The notes below the pieces were generated by a model. The model did no database searches. It was not told the DNA's origin and worked only from the letters and a program-made list of their open reading frames with translations. Source: a virus. Taken from it: DNA of 43,881 nucleotides. Positions 1 through 8,099 of the stretch are shown piece by piece (within the stretch, counting starts at the first letter, position 1; the number at the start of each line of letters is the position of its first letter). The translations under genes were made by a program, and so were the position numbers. The DNA lies in the IMG/VR virus record IMGVR_UViG_3300033149_002206. One strand, given 5' to 3'.

Positions 1-114
1 AATCTGGTCGTTTTGTCATCGAGCTCGATAGTACCGAGGAAGTCGTAAGACTCATTCTCGCCTTCTATCCGCTCTTCTCTAACAAGGCCTTGATATAGAG
101 GTTTCTTCTCCTGG
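1..114. repeat. Terminal overlap, copy 1 (identical to 43768..43881); circular-assembly overlap
   Basis: Exact 114-bp identity between both window ends. It lies inside the capsid ORF, which reads through the junction in frame. Confidence 0.9.
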
Positions 115-203
115 AGGACTGCCTCATAACCAGCGGTAAAGGAGTTATAAAACGCCTCTGTATACCCGCTGGTATTATTGGTGTTTGTATTATAAGTCGC
201 CAT
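1..203 (-). CDS. Major capsid protein, N-terminal part (continues across the circular junction into 43011..43767)
   Basis: ATG at 203..201 preceded by GGAGAC. Translation MATYNTNTNNTSGYTEAFYNS... joins in frame (75 codons) to the ORF starting MTHNRRW at 43745. Confidence 0.8.
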   Translation of the reverse strand, partial: MATYNTNTNNTSGYTEAFYNSFTAGYEAVLQEKKPLYQGLVREERIEGENESYDFLGTIELDDKTTR

Positions 204-353
204 AATACTGTCTCCAATATAAGGTTAATAGAAATGCCGCTCCGGTTGCCTCCTCCTCTGGAGACCTTTGCTTATGACTTACGGCCATCAGTCGAATAGA
301 ATTACTATTATCAGCGGGGCGTTCGCTTATCCGCAACACTTTGTTAAGCTTCG

Positions 354-1178
354 CTATATTCTTGGCTGACTCAACTTACCTTCATTAGCTAATTGTTGCG
401 TTAAGGATAAATATTCAGCCATTATTTTTTTGTGGTCTGGGTGGAAACGTTTAGTAAACGCTTCACTCTTCTTGATTTCAGCAAGTCTTTCTTCGGGACT
501 CTTTTGTACTTCCTGCTGTGAGGCGGGGCGTGTTATAGTATCTTCAGCTATTTTGTTGGCTATTGCGTCTAACATTAAAATAATATCAGGGTCGCTTGCC
601 AGACCTTTCTTTTCTAATATGTCATAAATGCCGAGTTTATCGGCCGTTTGACGTGCCTGACGAACTTTAGTATCGTAATTGGCCTCTCCCCATTTTTCCT
701 TTAACTGTTTAACGGCAGCCTGCTTCTGCTCTTCAAGAGCCTTTAACTGACTATCTACTACATCAAGCTGAAAACTAACTATATCGTTAAATTGCTTCTG
801 GTTTAACCCGAGCCCGTGGGCATATTCTTTGAATTGACTAACAAGCTCATCACTAATCGGGACTTCACCCTCGTATTGAAGCTCGTATTTATCGGGTGAT
901 TCGGGACGGCCAAGAGCATTATATACATTAGCCCACGCATCAGGATTATCATCGTCTGGTATTACCAAATGTTTACCTGTACCAGTCAATTTCTCTAACT
1001 CCCTATAACCCTTAACTAACTGGTCAACACTATTCCACTTTTTAGCTTCAAGTAACCCTTTAATATCTTCAGGCACATTATCAGAAAATTTGCCGTCAGG
1101 AGTTATCCACCCGCCTTCAGTTGGAGTTTCTGTTGAAGTTTCGGTTTGGGTTCCTTCTACATCCAGTATATCTTCCAT
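354..1178 (-). CDS. Scaffolding protein (putative)
   Basis: 274-aa acidic, helical, coiled-coil-like protein between portal and capsid genes. This is the T7 gp9 position. Confidence 0.55.
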   Translation of the reverse strand: MEDILDVEGTQTETSTETPTEGGWITPDGKFSDNVPEDIKGLLEAKKWNSVDQLVKGYRELEKLTGTGKHLVIPDDDNPDAWANVYNALGRPESPDKYELQYEGEVPISDELVSQFKEYAHGLGLNQKQFNDIVSFQLDVVDSQLKALEEQKQAAVKQLKEKWGEANYDTKVRQARQTADKLGIYDILEKKGLASDPDIILMLDAIANKIAEDTITRPASQQEVQKSPEERLAEIKKSEAFTKRFHPDHKKIMAEYLSLTQQLANEGKLSQPRI

Positions 1179-1423
1179 TATTCGTTCTCCTTAACTATCA
1201 TTGATTCTATCCGAAGGAAAACCCTGCGTTTCCCTTCTGAAAAAAAGGTCTGTAATTCATTCGGCGCCTGCTCACAGACACTTGTACGATTCTGGCCACA
1301 AAAAACTTTCAAATCTTTTAAGACTATCTTTCCGTCATCAGTATTAAAAAGCCTTTTGTACGCTTGCCGAAGCTCACGCCTTTTTTTCTCATTCTCTAAC
1401 TGTATTTGCTCTGACTCTATCAT
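1178..1423 (-). CDS. Small conserved head-module protein (Bbp19-like, tentative)
   Basis: 81 aa, start/stop-coupled between portal and scaffold. The motif DDGKIVLKDL...CEQAPNELQTFFSEGKRRVFLRI resembles small proteins at this position in podoviruses. Confidence 0.5.
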   Translation of the reverse strand: MIESEQIQLENEKKRRELRQAYKRLFNTDDGKIVLKDLKVFCGQNRTSVCEQAPNELQTFFSEGKRRVFLRIESMIVKENE

Positions 1424-3030
1424 ATCCTTAATCCTTCCAGTGCCTCTGCGGGACTATTAGGTTCGGGCGTTTTACTCACGTTCCTGTATGCCTTCGAAGC
1501 GTTATCTGCAATCTGTGCCTGAGCGCTGGCAATTTGAAGCTGCTTAATCTGTTCACGCTCGGCGAGCATCTTATCGTAATCCTTCAATCCTTCCGCAGGT
1601 GCGCCCGCATTCAACCACGAAGTTCTAAATGCAGTATCAAAATCGACATTACTGAATATATCAGCGACTTGGGCATAAGGCGCCCATTTGGCTAAAGTTG
1701 CCTCAATAGCATTAGTCTGCATATTACTCATCGCTAACGCTAATCTGCCCTGATAGATTATCTCGAAGTCAGTCTCGATAGGAGGCGGTTCAATCTTGCC
1801 TGCACGAAGTAGTAAATTGTATATCCTTTTAATTAACGGACTGAATATCTCCTTCTGTAACGATGTAATAGCAGGGGCAAGATGAACAATCTTTTCCTCA
1901 ACCCGCTCGACAACTTCGGTAGCTGTCATATTACGATGCTGGGCAAGAGCCTGGAATAAGTCGTTGAAAAACGCTTCTTTAACGACCTCCTGCTGCTGGG
2001 CAATAATCTCGGCGTTTAACTGAACATTCATACCAGTATTAAGAGGCTTTGGCTCCATTGCGCCAGGTCGCACGTAAATCATACCGCCAGGCGAAGTTAC
2101 AGGCTGACCTACTACACCATCATCTTCAGCGATTAAAGGCGGATTTACAGCCTTCTCTGCCGACTCAATAAATGTTTTTTTCATTCTATTGAGCATTTTG
2201 ATTTCAGGTAAAATCTCAATAGCGGGGCCACGACCCATAATCTCCTGCGGGGCACGTGAAAATCTCGCTACGAAATAGGGTAGCTCATCAAAACCGCTCT
2301 CTTTAACGATTTCTCTGTCGTCTATACATATATATAAACTGCGTACCTTCTTGTTACTGGCATTCAGTTTAGATGAGTCGAAATTTTCGTTAGGCTCACA
2401 GGCGTGAACAAATTCAAACTTCTCATTTAGTTGGCCAGCATCAAGTGCTTTCTTGATACTCTTACTGACATTGTCGCCAAATTCCTGATAGGCCTGGCGG
2501 GCAGTATAGAAAATCTGCCGATATACCGTGTCAATCTCACCCCTGTTGTTATCATCGAAGAACATATACCCGATATGGTGAGACTTGAAGACTATGTCAT
2601 CACCAATCTTTTCTACGGATAAAACACCCGTCCCGAATACTATCATCGAGCGAATGGTAATAAACATCTCCCGCTGGAAATTAGAACGCCATATCTCCTG
2701 ATGAGTAATGGCGGTGGCAGTGGAAAGCCACTCCTGAACGGTCTTGTCGTTATTTAATTCATAGGGAGATGCTATAAATTCAAACCATTTAACGCCAACA
2801 GGCATAAGGTAAGAAAATATACCTGATGTCATTTTATACGCAGCCATAAGAGCAGTAGAGTCGTATAAATTTTCTGTCTGAAGTAACCCTTCCGACTGGA
2901 CGGCGCTTCTTACCTGCCTTTGGGCTGTTGGCCAAACGTATTTACCAGCTTCAGCCCGAAGCGAATTAGACTGCGCTTTGCGAGCCTTCGCCCGCTCGTA
3001 ACGTGAAAGTACCTTGTCTATTAACTTCAT
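1420..3030 (-). CDS. Portal (head-tail connector) protein, podovirus type
   Basis: 536 aa from ATG 3030 (SD GGGAGAG upstream; the ORF-track start at 3072 is upstream of this). Size and position upstream of scaffold and capsid fit. Confidence 0.75.
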   Translation of the reverse strand: MKLIDKVLSRYERAKARKAQSNSLRAEAGKYVWPTAQRQVRSAVQSEGLLQTENLYDSTALMAAYKMTSGIFSYLMPVGVKWFEFIASPYELNNDKTVQEWLSTATAITHQEIWRSNFQREMFITIRSMIVFGTGVLSVEKIGDDIVFKSHHIGYMFFDDNNRGEIDTVYRQIFYTARQAYQEFGDNVSKSIKKALDAGQLNEKFEFVHACEPNENFDSSKLNASNKKVRSLYICIDDREIVKESGFDELPYFVARFSRAPQEIMGRGPAIEILPEIKMLNRMKKTFIESAEKAVNPPLIAEDDGVVGQPVTSPGGMIYVRPGAMEPKPLNTGMNVQLNAEIIAQQQEVVKEAFFNDLFQALAQHRNMTATEVVERVEEKIVHLAPAITSLQKEIFSPLIKRIYNLLLRAGKIEPPPIETDFEIIYQGRLALAMSNMQTNAIEATLAKWAPYAQVADIFSNVDFDTAFRTSWLNAGAPAEGLKDYDKMLAEREQIKQLQIASAQAQIADNASKAYRNVSKTPEPNSPAEALEGLRI

Positions 3031-3031
3031 A

Positions 3032-3226
3032 CTACTCTCCCAGACGACGCTTAAGAGCCGTTGTAATACCACTTAAAATAGTACTCGGCCTTCCGCCACT
3101 TAATACTTTTTTCTTGCGCCTTCTTGCAGCTTCTGCGGCGTCCTCTTCTATATTAGTTACAGGTTCAGGTTCAGGCGGGGGCGGTGGTACTTTGGGCGTA
3201 GATGGCTTGCTAAATAAAAAGCTCAT
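3032..3226 (-). CDS. Proline-rich small virion-module protein
   Basis: 64 aa, MSFLFSKPSTPKVPPPPPEPEP...RRRKKK...STILSG. SD GGAGAT upstream; abuts the portal start. Confidence 0.5.
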   Translation of the reverse strand: MSFLFSKPSTPKVPPPPPEPEPVTNIEEDAAEAARRRKKKVLSGGRPSTILSGITTALKRRLGE

Positions 3227-3249
3227 TTCAATCTCCTACTTTCGTTAAG

Positions 3250-3435
3250 CTAAAGCTCTTTGTTAAGCCTTGCTTCTAATGCTCCGATTAAGGCATCAAG
3301 TAACATATCACCAAAATCGTCATCGGAATAGCCGACGTCAGGCTCTTTCGGTAGTTGACGGGGAGCCTGCTCTGTCAACTGTCTCTCTCTGTCAAGACGC
3401 TGTATATCACCAGCGTCAAAAAGTGTGGTAGACAT
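3250..3435 (-). CDS. Hypothetical protein
   Basis: 61-aa ORF packed between neighbours on the late strand. Confidence 0.45.
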   Translation of the reverse strand: MSTTLFDAGDIQRLDRERQLTEQAPRQLPKEPDVGYSDDDFGDMLLDALIGALEARLNKEL

Positions 3436-3445
3436 TTGCTACTCC

Positions 3446-3883
3446 TTACGATGATACCGTGATAGTTGGCTGTGCTGTTAAACCGTAACAGCCGAGAATT
3501 ATCCATCCAACAGTATCATCTACGTACATTAATGTTGCTGCATCACCAGCGTCAGCGAATACAATAGTAGCAAAACCACTTTTAGTGGTCGGCGTAAGTG
3601 TGCCATCGCCATTGCCGTCAGTTACCAGATTTATATTTATAATCTGGCCTGGCGTACCATTCGCAAGCGTTAAGTCTTCACCGTCGCTGCCGGTAGTCTT
3701 TTTGACTAATGTCGCTGTTACTGGAATTGTCGTGTCGTCTGCATCCACATCAACCGAACCACTACGAAATTCGGCAATACTCCACACATTACCACCTTTG
3801 GTTACCTGAAACTGGCCACTGGAGTTTATACTTGCTGTTCCAGTGCCGTCCTGTTGACGTAATTTTGCTGCATAAGTAGCCAT
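3446..3883 (-). CDS. Thr/Gly/Asp-rich beta-type protein, possible virion surface/decoration protein
   Basis: 145 aa with SD AGGAGA. It sits directly downstream of an intrinsic terminator, so it begins a new transcription unit. Confidence 0.45.
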   Translation of the reverse strand: MATYAAKLRQQDGTGTASINSSGQFQVTKGGNVWSIAEFRSGSVDVDADDTTIPVTATLVKKTTGSDGEDLTLANGTPGQIININLVTDGNGDGTLTPTTKSGFATIVFADAGDAATLMYVDDTVGWIILGCYGLTAQPTITVSS

Positions 3884-3944
3884 AATTTTTCTCCTAATCC
3901 TGCTCTTGCGAGCGAACGTTATTGTCCACGTGGGACGTTGATAT

Positions 3945-3982
3945 TAAAAAAGCCCTCGTCAGACCAAGTCTTCAGAGGGCTT
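3945..3982 (-). terminator. Rho-independent terminator inside the late arm
   Basis: Minus-strand RNA AAGCCCUC-loop-GAGGGCUUUUUU (7-bp GC-rich stem plus an inner AGAC/GUCU pair, U6 tail). Confidence 0.7.
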
Positions 3983-4014
3983 ACCAATTCGATATTATCC
4001 CGTATACTTAAGTA

Positions 4015-4524
4015 CTATTTACAAAAAAGTGCTTTTGTTTCCTTAATAAGATTTTGGCATTTCTCACAAATCAATCTTACTGGGACATCATCGTGAAAAT
4101 CTATTTGCAAAACAGAATGATAATCTCCGCAGATTTTGCACTTACCACGCTGCTCCGCCATCATCGGTCGAGTTATATCGTGTAATGAGGCAACTTTTTT
4201 GCGGTATTCTATGACTGCTTCTTCATTATAATGAGGAAGACCAAGCGTACCACCAAACAAAAGGCCTATAAATTTACTTTTCCAACCCGATAATCCCAGC
4301 AAATACGAGAACCGAAGCGTCTTTAACATTGGAGACGTACTCCATTTAGATGTAGATGGCCTCGACTCCGATACAACCAAAAGCTCATAAAATAAGGCAT
4401 CCTGCACCCGAGGAATTGCATAAAACTCTTCCTTGGATGTATATTTAATTTTTATGTGGGGGAAAAAATCAACAAACCATCCAACATCAGAATCATTGGG
4501 AGCTAGGTTTTCGTACTCTTCCAT
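4015..4524 (-). CDS. Endonuclease VII / HNH-like zinc-finger protein (degenerate)
   Basis: The C-terminus QRGKCKICGDYHSVLQIDFHDDVPVRLICEKCQNLI matches the pattern Q.G.C.IC...L.(V/I)DHDH...R.LLC..CN of Endonuclease_7/HNH. The likely start is ATG 4524 with SD AAGGAG. Confidence 0.45.
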   Translation of the reverse strand: MEEYENLAPNDSDVGWFVDFFPHIKIKYTSKEEFYAIPRVQDALFYELLVVSESRPSTSKWSTSPMLKTLRFSYLLGLSGWKSKFIGLLFGGTLGLPHYNEEAVIEYRKKVASLHDITRPMMAEQRGKCKICGDYHSVLQIDFHDDVPVRLICEKCQNLIKETKALFCK

Positions 4525-4625
4525 TTTCGGCTCCTTTATTAAGGTTATCCATTTTGAAGGTCTGCTCAACGTTCACATTAACGCAGCGACCATTAAAAAA
4601 GTTAAAAGTGATTTTACCATAAAAA

Positions 4626-5042
4626 TCAGGCAACGTCAACTCTCTGGCTATTTTCTGAATCTGCGTCTGCACTTTTTTCCTCTATCTCCTTTAATACTTC
4701 TTCCTTGGTTTTGTGAAACATTGATATACCTAACTCCTTCGCCTTCTTACGCCAGTCCTCATCTTTGGCTGTCTCAAGAGTAGACTCCACAGAAGACTTA
4801 TCAACAGAAGGCTTCTGAATGTACCAATTCTCTAATTCATCCTGAATAATCGTGCGTATCCAGTCTTCCTGCTCCTTGATAAGCTCAATTACCCGCTTTT
4901 CATCAGGCTTGACGTCAATGTAAGTAACATCCTTTTTAGGAATAGTTACTGGCTTGGAGTTGGGCGGATAACAATTCAAACATACCCAACAACCCCTCTT
5001 TTCATCTCTAGTTAGCTCACCATCACATCTTTTACATTTCAT
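4626..5042 (-). CDS. Zinc-ribbon protein with C-terminal HeH/SAP-like motif
   Basis: CKRCDG...CWVCLNC at the N-terminus; AKELGISMFHKTKEEVLKEI near the C-terminus. Confidence 0.5.
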   Translation of the reverse strand: MKCKRCDGELTRDEKRGCWVCLNCYPPNSKPVTIPKKDVTYIDVKPDEKRVIELIKEQEDWIRTIIQDELENWYIQKPSVDKSSVESTLETAKDEDWRKKAKELGISMFHKTKEEVLKEIEEKSADADSENSQRVDVA

Positions 5043-5218
5043 TGTTCTTCCTTTAAATGACAGTATTTATATTTCATCCCTGAACCACACGGACACTTCC
5101 AGTTGCGGCCTATCTTATGACCCCTTAACATCCGTGGATTTACACTATGACGATTTAGCCAATCTGCCGCTTTTCTTACTTTCGTTAAGCTTCGCTCCCT
5201 TTCTGAATATTCTGTCAT
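5039..5218 (-). CDS. SEC-C motif small protein
   Basis: The C-terminal CPCGSGMKYKYCH is a SEC-C metal-binding motif. Start ATG 5218 with SD GGAG. Confidence 0.55.
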   Translation of the reverse strand: MTEYSERERSLTKVRKAADWLNRHSVNPRMLRGHKIGRNWKCPCGSGMKYKYCHLKEEQ

Positions 5219-5313
5219 AATTTTCTCCGTACTTTTTAAGGTCAACAGGGCGATAGAAATCACCCTTGCCAGCAGTCCAGCGGTCTCTGGCCGACTCAAA
5301 ATCCCTTCTCGCC

Positions 5314-5514
5314 TTACTTTTTACCAATGCTCGGATACCTCCTGTGAACGGCAGCCCTAACCCGCTTCTTTTCGGCAGGAGTGCCAAATGCAGCAACTCT
5401 CGCCAATGCATTGCGGGCGTGTGCCTTATCGTGTATCGGATACTTCCTCGTAGAAGGATATACAAACGCCGACTTTGGTAACTTACTACGTCTTTTGTAT
5501 GTTAATTTACTCAT
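5314..5514 (-). CDS. Small basic protein (YPIHDKAHARNALAR motif)
   Basis: 66 aa from ATG 5514, one base after the stop of the upstream mini-ORF. Confidence 0.45.
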   Translation of the reverse strand: MSKLTYKRRSKLPKSAFVYPSTRKYPIHDKAHARNALARVAAFGTPAEKKRVRAAVHRRYPSIGKK

Positions 5515-5515
5515 C

Positions 5516-5599
5516 TTACAACCTGTCAATCAACTTCTTTAGTGCTTGGTAAAATACTATCGTTCCGAAAAATATCGCTAATGCCAATCCAATATCCAT
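5516..5599 (-). CDS. 27-aa single-TM peptide
   Basis: MDIGLALAIFFGTIVFYQALKKLIDRL, SD GGAGAC 4 nt upstream. Below the ORF-track length cutoff. Confidence 0.3.
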   Translation of the reverse strand: MDIGLALAIFFGTIVFYQALKKLIDRL

Positions 5600-5619
5600 T
5601 TTTGTCTCCTTTCTAAATT

Positions 5620-5766
5620 TTAACCTTTTCTGTAACGACCGTTTCCCCTGCCGCCGCCTCTACCATAGCCAGGACCACCTCTTGAGCAGCCACCAGTGTT
5701 TTTGTTTCTGCGTCCACCACCAGGCCGGCCACGACCACGTCCAGTTCCATCTCTTCTACCGTACAT
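5620..5766 (-). CDS. Arg/Gly-rich (RGG-type) 48-aa peptide
   Basis: MYGRRDGTGRGRGRPGGGRRNKNTGGCSRGGPGYGRGGGRGNGRYRKG. Its ATG directly abuts the upstream stop (TAAATG). It competes with the alternative-frame ORF 5613..5834. Confidence 0.4.
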   Translation of the reverse strand: MYGRRDGTGRGRGRPGGGRRNKNTGGCSRGGPGYGRGGGRGNGRYRKG

Positions 5767-5925
5767 TTATTTTTTCCCTTTCTTCTTTCTCTTCGGCAAT
5801 CCTTTCGGGGTCGGCTGCGAAGAAATGTATTCACAGGCCTGCCTCCTCGAAATAGACTTACCCTTGATTGTTCCTTGACAAATACCTTTCATCAGCTTCC
5901 ACTGAGCCTTTGATACTGCGGGCAT
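5767..5925 (-). CDS. DUF3008-like small protein
   Basis: MPAVSKAQWKLMKGICQGTIKGKSISRRQACEYISSQPTPKGLPKRKKKGKK; SD GGAG. The SKAQ...LP pattern is typical of DUF3008. Confidence 0.5.
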   Translation of the reverse strand: MPAVSKAQWKLMKGICQGTIKGKSISRRQACEYISSQPTPKGLPKRKKKGKK

Positions 5926-5929
5926 TGTA

Positions 5930-7501
5930 TTAACTCCATAAATTCAACGAATGAGTATAACGCTTAATAGGACGACCCCTCCTAATCGGGCTTGTTCTAT
6001 CCGCCGCTAATAAGAAATATAAAGTGGCGTGATAATAATGGTCTGCACCTAACTTAATCCACCTCGGACGAGTAAGACCTGTATCAGGGTTCTCAATAAT
6101 CGTCTTGGCAGTCTTGGTCATCTCCTTAGCATATTCGGAAATCTCGGCACTCCTGCGAGGTATCCTTATCTTATTAGAAATGAAGGTCGAATGAACCTTG
6201 TCCATCCACTCATTGCGATTACACTTAACTATTCCTTCCTTATTAAATTTGGGTCGGCCAGGCATCTGCTCGGAATACTGACATAAATATATCGTGTACG
6301 GCTCGGACTTCTGAAAATCAAGTACACCAAAATCGTGCGGACCAGAGTCAATTACACAAGAATGAACGTTCATCTTTAACGCTAAATCGTGTAAGGCATT
6401 CAAATCTGGTAAACGAGAGACATTTAATATGTCATAAGTATCCTTCGCCGTCCGTATACCAACAACGGCGTGTATTACCTTACCAATATCAACCCCCATA
6501 GCAGTCTCAGTAGAAGAAACCATCTGATTGGCATTCAAAGAACACCTCGATAAGACCGTAACCTCATCTAACTGATTTTCAGCCTCAACAGTGGCTACAC
6601 CAAGAGTACTACGCATAAATTCGGCCATCTGACGACCCTCTATATGCTCATACTGGTACATATATTCGTCCAAATCAGCATAAGGAGAAATTAACCCGTC
6701 TAACCAAAATCCAGCCTCCCTGCGGTCAGGATAATCAGCTACCCACTGACCATCCTTAACAAAAATCTCCTTACCACAATGTACACAACTACGACGCCAA
6801 CGACCGTCTATATACTTGATACTGTCAGGAAATGACTCTACCAAACAAGTATATTTGCCACAATGAGAACATTTAATTTGCCACTTACGCTGGTCACTAT
6901 TCTCGTACAATTGGTCGATACCATACCCAGGATACGTAGGACTACCAAAATTAACCTCAATACCAAAACGAGACCTCTTCAACCGCTGCTTGGACATATA
7001 TACCATATCCTCGTCCATCATATCTATCTCATCACGCATAATACAATCACAAGGAATAGAACGAAGATTGTCTGTGTCCTTTACACTCGAACCATATACC
7101 CGCTTCGGCTGCGCACCCACCATCACTATACTGCGACCATTAATCTCCTTGCACATCGTAGTATTCGTTGCACCCTTCTGTATTAACCACGGATTATACT
7201 GAAATATCGGGTCAAATAAGACCTTACTTAACTTCTCCACCGCAGTTACAGTGGGCATCATATACATCACATTCTGGTCATATAAACCATAATAACAAGA
7301 ATGAATGGCATCCAAATACTTCGTGGTAGTCATACATACCTGACTGCCCTTCTTACAGTTCATTACACGCTTGCCAGGCTTGACTAAATCCACCAAATAA
7401 GGCATACCCTTCAACGTAAAACGTATACCCGCACGTAACATCAACCTGTGATGATTAGCCCACGTCAAAGCATCAACTGCCATTAAACGCTCTATGTCCA
7501 T
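5930..7501 (-). CDS. terL: Terminase large subunit (GpA-like)
   Basis: 523 aa. Walker-like KKGSQVCMTT, PTVTAVEKLSKVLFDP, zinc ribbon CSHCGK...CVHCGK, and a C-terminal RNaseH-like nuclease with MGVDIGK. Confidence 0.85.
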   Translation of the reverse strand: MDIERLMAVDALTWANHHRLMLRAGIRFTLKGMPYLVDLVKPGKRVMNCKKGSQVCMTTTKYLDAIHSCYYGLYDQNVMYMMPTVTAVEKLSKVLFDPIFQYNPWLIQKGATNTTMCKEINGRSIVMVGAQPKRVYGSSVKDTDNLRSIPCDCIMRDEIDMMDEDMVYMSKQRLKRSRFGIEVNFGSPTYPGYGIDQLYENSDQRKWQIKCSHCGKYTCLVESFPDSIKYIDGRWRRSCVHCGKEIFVKDGQWVADYPDRREAGFWLDGLISPYADLDEYMYQYEHIEGRQMAEFMRSTLGVATVEAENQLDEVTVLSRCSLNANQMVSSTETAMGVDIGKVIHAVVGIRTAKDTYDILNVSRLPDLNALHDLALKMNVHSCVIDSGPHDFGVLDFQKSEPYTIYLCQYSEQMPGRPKFNKEGIVKCNRNEWMDKVHSTFISNKIRIPRRSAEISEYAKEMTKTAKTIIENPDTGLTRPRWIKLGADHYYHATLYFLLAADRTSPIRRGRPIKRYTHSLNLWS

Positions 7502-7587
7502 ATGTAAACCTTCTTAAATTACCTATCTTAACAGGGTCTTGGACTGTGAAATTTCAGAGATTGAAGGGTACTGATGCTCAGCTCCAG

Positions 7588-7609
7588 CCCCCCGTTCCCT
7601 GCCCCCCCC
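7588..7609 (-). other. G-rich tract (G6-N3-G3-N2-G8 on the minus strand), G-quadruplex-capable
   Basis: The plus strand reads CCCCCCGTTCCCTGCCCCCCCC, in the 189-bp intergenic region upstream of terL. Confidence 0.6.
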
Positions 7610-7690
7610 TGCCTAAAATAAGAATTCTTTCTTGAGCCGCAAAACACCGCTTCTTGATGAGTTTACAGCCTTCTTGGTCGTTCTGTGTGA

Positions 7691-8011
7691 TTATCTGATG
7701 AACATTACACGCTTTCTTTTGCCATTAACGGGCTTGTATCGGGTTTGTATCACCTTTTTAGCTTTTAATCGGGATATAAGTCGCTTGACTGTGCTTAAGC
7801 TGCAATTGCATATATCGGCAAAGTAGTCATTGGATAAGAAACAGTCCTTACCAGCATCGGTAAAGCCTTTGATAGTTGATACTATCATTTTCTCGTTCGA
7901 TGTAAACTTTTTATGGAATAGAAACTCTTTCGGTACCCAGAGGCCTTGACAGCTTTTGCCAACGTCTTTCCCTCTAATTAAGCGGTATTGAAATATCCCT
8001 TTTTTAGCCAT
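7691..8011 (-). CDS. Winged-helix/HTH DNA-binding protein
   Basis: 106 aa. The segment FADICNCSLSTVKRLISRLKAKKVI is HTH-like. Located between terS and terL. Confidence 0.5.
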   Translation of the reverse strand: MAKKGIFQYRLIRGKDVGKSCQGLWVPKEFLFHKKFTSNEKMIVSTIKGFTDAGKDCFLSNDYFADICNCSLSTVKRLISRLKAKKVIQTRYKPVNGKRKRVMFIR

Positions 8012-8030
8012 TTTCTTACGATGTCCCTAT

Positions 8031-8066
8031 GGCTCAAATTGACCCATCCCAAGGCTCAAATTGACC
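8031..8066. repeat. Two 14-bp direct repeats GGCTCAAATTGACC spaced 22 bp
   Basis: 8031-8044 and 8053-8066 are identical. They lie between terS and the wHTH gene. Confidence 0.85.
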
Positions 8067-8099
8067 TACTATAATATAAACTATAATACGGGCGCTCTA

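Noticed and set aside
1-114. The terminal 114-bp repeat as a genuine T7-like direct terminal repeat
   Set aside because: It lies wholly inside the major capsid coding sequence, which continues in frame across the junction. This is far more consistent with an assembler overlap of a circular or permuted genome. Only read-start analysis could settle it.
5145-5465. 106-aa ORF overlapping both the SEC-C gene and the 5314..5514 gene
   Set aside because: It is out of frame with two ORFs that carry recognisable motifs (CPCGSG; HDKAHARNALAR). It has no SD and an implausible composition.
5613-5834. 73-aa ORF from the track (MNTFLRSRPRKD...)
   Set aside because: It starts 68 nt inside the better-supported DUF3008-like ORF and has no SD. 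Its Val/Ala-rich tail looks like an out-of-frame reading of the Gly/Arg-rich ORF. It is kept only as the competing hypothesis.
430-7202. Plus-strand ORFs opposite late genes (430..627, 1146..1460, 2431..2622, 3003..3248, 3585..3809, 4433..4783, 5266..5481, 5696..5878, 6863..7202)
   Set aside because: They are antisense shadows of well-supported minus-strand genes and lack ribosome-binding sites.
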